From a virus: 64,000 bases of DNA. The notes below the pieces were generated by a model. The model did no database searches, had not been told where the DNA came from, and worked only from the letters and a program-made list of their open reading frames with translations. Both the position numbers and the translations under genes were made by a program. Positions 57,559 to 64,000 of this stretch are shown here, piece after piece. The stretch's first letter is position 1. Every line of letters begins with the position of its first letter. The stretch lies in IMG/VR virus record IMGVR_UViG_3300042197_004553, positions 1 to 64,000 of that record; one strand, 5' to 3'.

Positions 57559-58983
57559 CGTAGCGAGGGCGATCTTGAAACCTTTCAGCATGGTCGGCAG
57601 ATTGGTACATCCTTGGACCATGCTGAGTTTTGACAACAATTCCGGGTTCCAATCCGGAATCATGCCCGATTCGACCGTCTCTGGCACCGCGTACTTTCCC
57701 GAAAAGTAGTTGTGCAGCCAGATCGCGCGGGTCACGCTTTTCAGTCCAATCACCTTGCGGTATTGCTCCGTGGCGTCGTGGTCGCCGATGAAGACGACAA
57801 CACGAACCCTATAACAACTCTGTCCGCCACAGACCTGATCGAACAGGCGTTCCACCTGTCCGGGGTCTGTGGCCACTGGCTTTCCGTTAAACCACGGGAT
57901 GTAGTTCTCCGTCGAGTCCACCTCGCCGTTGCTGTGGGGAAACACCAGCACGTCGGAGCCAGAAACTCCGGCGTAGCCCGCCGCGTTAGCAAGATCGCAG
58001 GCTATCTGGGCCTGCGCCTCGCAACTCGGCGATACGTCGGGAAGAAACAGCACGCACGGGCGGCCCGTCATACTGTCTTCCTTGAGAGCGTTGGGCAGCG
58101 GCCGGCGGACAACCATTCGCTGCACCAACTTTCGGGCGCTCAACACGGGGATTGGCGCAAAGTTTTCACCCGCGCTGCCTCCCCGGTCGACGAGCCGATT
58201 AATCAGGTCGGCCACCTGTTGTCGCAGTTTTGGCGGAACCCGTTGCAGCCGCCCATGGGCTCCTGCAATCGTTTTCCGCGCCACAAGAGACGGCGCCGAC
58301 GCCTGCGCCACGCGGTTGTGCGACGCTTTCCGCCGGGCCATCTGGAGATTCCGTTTTGCCGCACTAACCGAAGCACTGCCGGAGGACTGAGGGGCTTGTT
58401 TGGCGCGGGCAAGGGCGTCGCGATACGCCTGTTGCGCGGCCTTAAGCGCCTGCTGCTCGGGACTTGGCTGTGGTTTAGGGGGAACGGGTTGTGGCTGGTT
58501 CGTCTCCTGCCCAGACGCAGGACCGGTCGTCTGCGTTTGGGTCGGCTGCGCGTCGTCCGGCGACTGGGGCTGCGACCCCTGTTGCTGGCCGGCGGGCTGT
58601 GACGAATTGTTACTACTGCCGCCCGGCTGCTGTTGCTGCTGGGACTGGCCCTGACCGCTCCCGCCGCCACCGGAATTCGGCTGTTGCCGTTGCCGATTTT
58701 GTCGTTCGCGGTCCCAATTGATCGCCGACGTGACGGGCACATCAGGCCCGTACCGTCGCGCCCACGTGTCGACTCTGGACTGCACGTCGACGACGCGGCC
58801 GGTGGTAGCCTCGATGTTACCGCGTTTCACCGCGGCCCGCTCGATCGCGTATTCCGGCTCGTTCGCGACATGGCAGGCGACTTTGCTTAGCGTCTTAGGA
58901 TACGCGGAGCCGCCGAAACTCTCGCCGCAATTGCGGCGCGAGACGCTAAGCATTTTCTGCAGTTCTCGCACCGTAAGGGCCAC
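57556..58983 (-). CDS. vWA/MIDAS-domain protein with Q/G/P-rich linker
   Basis: VLFLPDVSPSC (DxSxS) and VVFIGDHD; AAGGAG SD; adjacent to a MoxR-type AAA. Confidence 0.75.
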   Translation of the reverse strand: MALTVRELQKMLSVSRRNCGESFGGSAYPKTLSKVACHVANEPEYAIERAAVKRGNIEATTGRVVDVQSRVDTWARRYGPDVPVTSAINWDRERQNRQRQQPNSGGGGSGQGQSQQQQQPGGSSNNSSQPAGQQQGSQPQSPDDAQPTQTQTTGPASGQETNQPQPVPPKPQPSPEQQALKAAQQAYRDALARAKQAPQSSGSASVSAAKRNLQMARRKASHNRVAQASAPSLVARKTIAGAHGRLQRVPPKLRQQVADLINRLVDRGGSAGENFAPIPVLSARKLVQRMVVRRPLPNALKEDSMTGRPCVLFLPDVSPSCEAQAQIACDLANAAGYAGVSGSDVLVFPHSNGEVDSTENYIPWFNGKPVATDPGQVERLFDQVCGGQSCYRVRVVVFIGDHDATEQYRKVIGLKSVTRAIWLHNYFSGKYAVPETVESGMIPDWNPELLSKLSMVQGCTNLPTMLKGFKIALAT

Positions 58984-58999
58984 GAGTTTCTCCTTTCTT

Positions 59000-59827
59000 C
59001 TAGTGTTTCCGCTTAAACTCGCCGTACAGCACGGCGCCGGGAGAAGAAATCTCCCGCTCGATCGCTCGGCGGTCCTTCTCGTCCTTGACGAGGAAGGCGT
59101 CGATCAGCGACTCAGTGTCCTCGACTGAGGTCACCAAATCGCGCGCATGCAGGAGTTCGCGCAACTCCTGCAGGCTGGGCTTGCTTTCGCCCTTGGTGCG
59201 GACGGCGTTGGCCATCTTCACCGCGAGCCGGCACGCGCCGCCGGGCGCGCCCGTGTTCTTGCGGAGCACGTCCACCTCGACGTTCTCCGGCAAGAACTCC
59301 ATCGTCACACGAAAGCAGCGGCGCTTTACTGCCTCCGGGATGTCGCCCTCCTCGTTTGCCGTGAGGACAACAAACATCCGCTTGAGGTCCGCTTGATGCA
59401 TGTGGTGCCGCGCATCAGGCACCCGGCCATGCTGGAGAAAGTCCAGAATGAGCGGGTAGAACCGGCTGCCGGCCTTTTCCACCTCGTCCAGCGTCACGAC
59501 GACGTCGTGGTGCTTTGTAGCTTTGACAGCCCGAAGCAACTGTCCGTCCATGTACGCCTCGTCGGCGTGAGTAACGCCGACCGCGACCTTGCCGATGTCC
59601 ACACCCTGATTGACCTCCTCATTGGTCAACCACGGGTGGCAGGGGATGAAGAACTGCTTTGCACCCCTGCCGCGGGCGAAACAGTCGGCAAAGAATGTCT
59701 TGCCCGTGCCGGGCGAGCCGACCAGCAAAACCGCCCGCATCGTCGCCGTGATCAGCGACAGCCAGCGGGCCGCCAGCGACTCACCGCGGCGAGCGTAGTA
59801 ATCGGGCAGCAATGTGTTCGTCGACAT
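59000..59827 (-). CDS. MoxR/dynein-related AAA+ ATPase
   Basis: GSPGTGKT, VTLDEVEK, VLTAN, EAVKRRC. Confidence 0.88.
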   Translation of the reverse strand: MSTNTLLPDYYARRGESLAARWLSLITATMRAVLLVGSPGTGKTFFADCFARGRGAKQFFIPCHPWLTNEEVNQGVDIGKVAVGVTHADEAYMDGQLLRAVKATKHHDVVVTLDEVEKAGSRFYPLILDFLQHGRVPDARHHMHQADLKRMFVVLTANEEGDIPEAVKRRCFRVTMEFLPENVEVDVLRKNTGAPGGACRLAVKMANAVRTKGESKPSLQELRELLHARDLVTSVEDTESLIDAFLVKDEKDRRAIEREISSPGAVLYGEFKRKH

Positions 59828-59850
59828 GAAACCTCCGCAGGTGTTAATGT

Positions 59851-60258
59851 TTAATTCTCGCTCGGCACCGCGCGGTGCAGAGTGCCGGCTTTCTGGGCCG
59901 CGTACGCCTTGACCTTGGCCTTAGCCGCCTCGGCCGCCGCCTCCTCCTCTCGACGCTCGCGCTCGATGCGCTCGCCATCTTCAAACAAGGCGGTGGCGAC
60001 CGCCTTGAAGTCGATCTCGTCCATGAAGAGTCGGCAGATGTTCTCCACAAACGTCATGCTTGTCATCATGTTGTGGACGGCTTCTTCTTCGCCGTGCTCG
60101 TCCGCAATCTTGACCAGCGCCATGATTTCGTTAAGCACCGTCGCGATAGAAGTGCCGATAATGCCGATCGCCCAGAATGTCATGCCACCGATTGCAGCAG
60201 TCCTGTGCTCTTCGTCCCACTCGGTCTTGCCGAGCGCGACTAATTTCTCTTTGGACAT
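59851..60258 (-). CDS. Hypothetical protein
   Basis: ATG 60258 coupled (TGATG) to a 26-aa upstream ORF. Confidence 0.6.
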   Translation of the reverse strand: MSKEKLVALGKTEWDEEHRTAAIGGMTFWAIGIIGTSIATVLNEIMALVKIADEHGEEEAVHNMMTSMTFVENICRLFMDEIDFKAVATALFEDGERIERERREEEAAAEAAKAKVKAYAAQKAGTLHRAVPSEN

Positions 60259-60338
60259 CAGTACGGGTGCGAAGACCACCCCAGTTCTTCCGCTTTTTTG
60301 CGGAAGTTCTCCAGCGTCTGCTGTGTCGCGTCGTTCAC
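60258..60338 (-). CDS. 26-aa small ORF
   Basis: AAGGAGG SD, GTG start, MNDATQQTLENFRKKAEELGWSSHPY. Confidence 0.5.
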   Translation of the reverse strand: MNDATQQTLENFRKKAEELGWSSHPY

Positions 60339-60414
60339 AAAAACCTCCTTTGCATAAAAGAGCCGGGGCGAAACGCCGCGCCGGCGGGGCCGCACAGATA
60401 AACGGCACCAATGA

Positions 60415-60442
60415 ATATGCCCGTGTTTGCGGCAAAATTTAG
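60415..60442 (-). promoter_or_regulatory. Putative phage promoter CTAAATT-N15-GCATAT (copy 2)
   Basis: Matches 20491-20518; heads the AAA/vWA module. Confidence 0.55.
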
Positions 60443-60566
60443 ACGACAAAACCTTTGCCCAAAAAGTTTTGAGCAGCGGTTTCGTAACACGTGTTCGCGA
60501 ATCGCGAAACGCGAAAGTGTTTGTCGCGTAAAGAGTTACGACGACTGTTCCACGTTCCAGAACGCG

Positions 60567-61565
60567 CTAGTAGCGAATGCGGATGGCGTCGGTGTAGGCG
60601 CTGTACTTGTAATTCGAACTCACCTCGCCGTAGCAACTTTCGAGGTTAATGCTGGCTTTCGTGGCGCGCACCCACTCCCGATACGCCTGCCACCGCGCCT
60701 GCCCTGCCCGCTCGTAACTGGCTTCTTTGTTCTGGTCGTTGACCGCGACACCGCCAGCCGAATACTCCAATTGGTTGCGGCGAAATTGCTCGGCAACCAT
60801 CATAAATAAATTGGCACAAACGCCTTCAAGCCAGTGATATCGGAACGGAAAATTTTGTGTAGTGTAGGTCGGGCTCAGCGGCGGCGGAATTTCGTTCCAA
60901 TACTGCACCGGTCGGGCGATCGCTAGCGCGATCTCAGCGTCGTCAAACATCAAGTTTTCCAGCAGATAACTCTCCCCCGGCGCCGAATCGCGCAGGTGCA
61001 GTCGGACTTCCGCGATGCTGGGCGGTCCGCCGGGTCCGTTATTGCTCCCGGTATCGAATGTGCTCCGGTTGATGATCAAATAAAACGTGTTAGAAAATAT
61101 CACACAAGGCTGTGCGGCCGCCTCCGCCGGGATATTGACCAGCGCCATTTCCGCGTAGTAAACGCCCGGGACGCCGACCATGGCCTGCGTGAGCGCGGCT
61201 TCTACGGTGCCGTCGGCGGCGGTGACAACCGCTGCGTTGACCTGCGTGACCGGATTCTGGTTCCCCAGCGCAATCTGCTCTTTGAGCCGCAGCACGACTT
61301 TAAACAGTGCGGCGTTATTGCAGCCGGTCAGGCTCACCGGGACGCCGTCCTTGTCGTGCATCTGCCAGCGGATCGTGGCGCACTGGCCCTGCGTAATCGA
61401 GATTGCTCGCATCCGGGACAGGAGCGGCTGCCCGTTCTGCGCCGAAACGGGCGCGCTCAGCACGTTCTGACCCGCGCAGGGGACCGGGTTCAGGACTTGC
61501 GGCGTATTGCTGTTGTCGCAACAGGAGACCAGCGGGTGAGACGTTGGCGTGGCGATGACGGCCAT
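60567..61565 (-). CDS. Head-tail adaptor/neck protein with N-terminal beta-sandwich domain
   Basis: VRLHLRD....YLL....FDDAEI..A......WNEIPP; position after the capsid operon. Confidence 0.6.
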   Translation of the reverse strand: MAVIATPTSHPLVSCCDNSNTPQVLNPVPCAGQNVLSAPVSAQNGQPLLSRMRAISITQGQCATIRWQMHDKDGVPVSLTGCNNAALFKVVLRLKEQIALGNQNPVTQVNAAVVTAADGTVEAALTQAMVGVPGVYYAEMALVNIPAEAAAQPCVIFSNTFYLIINRSTFDTGSNNGPGGPPSIAEVRLHLRDSAPGESYLLENLMFDDAEIALAIARPVQYWNEIPPPLSPTYTTQNFPFRYHWLEGVCANLFMMVAEQFRRNQLEYSAGGVAVNDQNKEASYERAGQARWQAYREWVRATKASINLESCYGEVSSNYKYSAYTDAIRIRY

Positions 61566-61598
61566 AAGCGCGGCTCCTTTTTAACCAGTATACAAACA

Positions 61599-61631
61599 GA
61601 AAGGGCTGACCGTTAAACGGCCAGCCCTTTC
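61599..61631 (-). terminator. Terminator of the capsid operon
   Basis: GAAAGGGCTG...CAGCCCTTTC hairpin followed by TGTTT; TATACT at 61587-92 follows. Confidence 0.7.
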
Positions 61632-61655
61632 GCGTTTCAGCACGTCACAGTTGCG

Positions 61656-62078
61656 TCAGGTACCGGCAGGGCCAGTGGCCCCGGTGGCACCCGTGGCGCC
61701 CGTGGCGCCCGTGACACCCGTGGCGCCAGCGCTGACGGCAAAGCCGCCACCGCCCGCACCCTGCCACGACGGATTCGACGTGCCGACTTGGCTCGACGAA
61801 TTCATCGCCAGTTCCTTGGTCACGCTGCCCGTTTCGCTGAGCAGATAGACCGAAGGCGAACGAACAATATCCAACAGATTGTCCGTCAGCGCGCGTTCCA
61901 GCGCCTTGAACTTCCGCTGGCTGCGTTGCGCACCCAGTTTGGTCACAAGGTCGCCCGGAACGGTGTACGTGGCGTTGTCCGCCAGCGTTTTACCGTGCGC
62001 GCCCAGAAATCCAAACGTCATGGTTTTACCCGAGACGTTTTTTACAACAGTGTAAAGATCATCAGAAGTCGTGGGCAT
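61656..62078 (-). CDS. Small virion-like protein with collagen-like tail
   Basis: C-terminal (GAT)n triplets. Confidence 0.7.
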   Translation of the reverse strand: MPTTSDDLYTVVKNVSGKTMTFGFLGAHGKTLADNATYTVPGDLVTKLGAQRSQRKFKALERALTDNLLDIVRSPSVYLLSETGSVTKELAMNSSSQVGTSNPSWQGAGGGGFAVSAGATGVTGATGATGATGATGPAGT

Positions 62079-62089
62079 ATTTTACTCCG

Positions 62090-62479
62090 TTACTCTGCGG
62101 GTTGCATGGCCGCAGCAGCCGCGGCTTGCAGGGTCAGTACAGCATTCGCAATTTCGGGTTGGTCGGCGGCGAGAGCAGCCACGTGGTTAAACGTGGCCTG
62201 CTTCTCGTTTCCGCCGCCAATCCCTGCAGCCGCGAGCGCCGCATCCAGTTGCTGGTTCACAGCAGCCAGACCCGTATGGCGCGCCGCGGCGGTCTTTTCC
62301 TGTTCCGCCGTATAGAGCACGTGCAACTTCTGCGCAGCAGCCCACATTTCCGCGGCTTCACCTTCGGAACCGGGGACAACCCCCGCTCCAGCCAGTTTTT
62401 CGAAGAAATAGGGGGCGGCCAGTTGCGACACAACGGTGGCGTAAGCCTGTTCTGCCGCTTCTTTAACGGTATCAGCCAT
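62090..62479 (-). CDS. Ala-rich helical protein with KxA motifs
   Basis: AAGGAG SD; 4 of 5 Lys in KxA; follows the capsid gene. Confidence 0.7.
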   Translation of the reverse strand: MADTVKEAAEQAYATVVSQLAAPYFFEKLAGAGVVPGSEGEAAEMWAAAQKLHVLYTAEQEKTAAARHTGLAAVNQQLDAALAAAGIGGGNEKQATFNHVAALAADQPEIANAVLTLQAAAAAAMQPAE

Positions 62480-62504
62480 TGGTAGTGCTCCTTGTTATTA
62501 CGGC

Positions 62505-63431
62505 TCAGACAAACGTGACCTTGGCGAGACCGTTCGTGTGACCGAACGAGCCGCCTTGCGTGTTGTAGGCAAAGTACTCAAGCATGTAAGCCTCACGACG
62601 GATGTACATCGTGGTGGGCTCCAACTCGTAGTTCTTGCCGATGAACTTCGGCGAGGCGAACATGTACAACACATCGTTCGGCACGAGGTTCCGCTTGATC
62701 GTGACGATCCAGCGGCAGTTGAGGAAGTTGGTCTCCGCCCAACCGTTCTTGATGATCTCCTGCGAGAAGTCACCACCCATCTCGTCGCGACCAAACTTGA
62801 GGAGTTCCTTGATCGTGATGTTATTCACGAGGCAGGTCTCCACTTCGAAGTGGCTCGGAGTCGAGGGCATAACCTTCAGGGCGTCAACAATCGTCTCGCG
62901 CGTGATGCCGCCGCTGATCGTCACGTTCTGGGGCACGCCCGAAAGAACGTTGTTCGTATCAACAGTGCCCACCGCCGCGTCGAGCGCGTTGATGAACTTG
63001 GAGTCTTCCTCGGCCAGCATGTCCTTGATCATGTTGTCCGAAAGCACCTGACGGATGTCGATGACATACGTCCGGAGTTCGTCAACGTCCTTCACAGCGC
63101 GGGGCGACACGATCCGGTCAAACATGACGCGGTAGCGCGGGCCACGGATGTAGAAGTTGATCGGAAGTGTCGCAAACGGGAGCGACACAGCCGCCGGAGA
63201 ATCGGGCTCCTTGTCCACCACCTTGACCGGCTTGTCAGTGTCGACCTGACGATCCAGTTCATCGTTGGTGATGGTCAGCGGCGGCATAATCCGCCGGTAG
63301 AACCCGTCTTCACGCATCTTGGTGCGCGTGAAGTCGTTAACCGCATCGATGGCCTGCTTCTGCATGCCGGGGGTGTCGAGTTGCTCGAAGAGCGTTTCGT
63401 TGAGCAATTGGATTTCTTGCGGAGTGGGCAT
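62505..63431 (-). CDS. Major capsid protein (probable HK97 fold)
   Basis: 308 aa with strong codon bias; R..MREDGF.RRIMPP, KDMLAEEDSKFI, Y.FA.PKF.GK; GGAGG SD; context. Confidence 0.8.
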   Translation of the reverse strand: MPTPQEIQLLNETLFEQLDTPGMQKQAIDAVNDFTRTKMREDGFYRRIMPPLTITNDELDRQVDTDKPVKVVDKEPDSPAAVSLPFATLPINFYIRGPRYRVMFDRIVSPRAVKDVDELRTYVIDIRQVLSDNMIKDMLAEEDSKFINALDAAVGTVDTNNVLSGVPQNVTISGGITRETIVDALKVMPSTPSHFEVETCLVNNITIKELLKFGRDEMGGDFSQEIIKNGWAETNFLNCRWIVTIKRNLVPNDVLYMFASPKFIGKNYELEPTTMYIRREAYMLEYFAYNTQGGSFGHTNGLAKVTFV

Positions 63432-63461
63432 TGTAAGAACCTCCATGTTCTATGTAGTGAG

Positions 63462-64000
63462 TTAGGCGGACGCCGCTTGTACGCCATTCCAGTTGGACGC
63501 GCCCGGGAGATAAACGCTCCAGAACGACAGGGCTTGAATCCCGTTGTGATTCGAAACGGCCCCGCTAGACACAACACCGACCACTGGCGTGGTGAACTGA
63601 GTGACGCTGTAGTTCGTCAGACGGCCGTCCGTGCTGGCCGGCGTGCTGGCATCCGCCCGCGTGGCCGACAGCAGGTCGCCCGGCTGATAGGTATTCCCGG
63701 TGACGAATTCCGTCGTCGAAATTTCGTAACCGCCGGTCGCCACCAGCCCGGACATCTTGCCGGTCGGCGCAATCGCCCGGTGCATGAACTTACCGCCGGC
63801 GGTCGTGCCGGGGTTGCTCACGTCAGCGTCGGCGCTGCCGTTGAGCAAAAAGATCGCGGGGCACGTTTTGTGCGCGCCGGGAACGAACTCGCCACTTGTG
63901 TTCAAGTGGACCACTCGGCCCGCCACCACGTCAAAAGAGATGCTGCTCGCCAACTTGGCGCTGTAGTCGAGCGAAGCCATGTCGAACCAGCCCTTTTTAA
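63462..64000 (-). CDS. Head decoration/cement protein (putative; frame open to the window edge)
   Basis: Directly upstream of the capsid gene; beta-rich, YEISTTEF...Y.PGDLL. Confidence 0.6.
   Translation of the reverse strand, partial: KKGWFDMASLDYSAKLASSISFDVVAGRVVHLNTSGEFVPGAHKTCPAIFLLNGSADADVSNPGTTAGGKFMHRAIAPTGKMSGLVATGGYEISTTEFVTGNTYQPGDLLSATRADASTPASTDGRLTNYSVTQFTTPVVGVVSSGAVSNHNGIQALSFWSVYLPGASNWNGVQAASA

Noticed and set aside
62479-62500. CsrA site in the leader of 62090-62479 and in other AAGGAG leaders
   Set aside because: ANGGA is present but without a closing stem, so it cannot be told apart from an ordinary SD
62505-63431. Encapsulin shell protein
   Set aside because: Sits in a phage head operon with decoration and neck genes

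Overview
This is a 64-kb segment of a large, GC-rich, contractile-tailed phage (myovirus, possibly a jumbo phage), with most genes on the minus strand. From right to left it carries: head genes (decoration protein, major capsid protein, neck proteins); an inserted MoxR-AAA/vWA module followed by about 650 nt of highly structured non-coding sequence; tail sheath, tube, spike, chaperones and tape measure; baseplate genes with a sigma70-family sigma factor among them; five paralogous Cys-rich tail proteins and a Cys-repeat/collagen fibre; and an accessory region. The accessory region holds csrA, a degenerate primase-like gene, a pyrimidine-dimer glycosylase, tRNA-Thr, the terminase large subunit (plus strand), a dNTP diphosphohydrolase and a DUF1257/DUF2997/Ycf46-like AAA module. 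The AAA gene is split inside its Walker B motif by a group I intron carrying an HNH endonuclease. The most notable signal is a candidate phage-encoded Csr circuit: a CsrA gene, a neighbouring ~70-nt sRNA with its own promoter, terminator and three loop-exposed GGA motifs, and CsrA-type ANGGAN hexaloop hairpins over the translation starts of the capsid, sheath and a tail gene. A Planctomycetota host is suggested by inference only. Family names come from motif recognition, not database searches.
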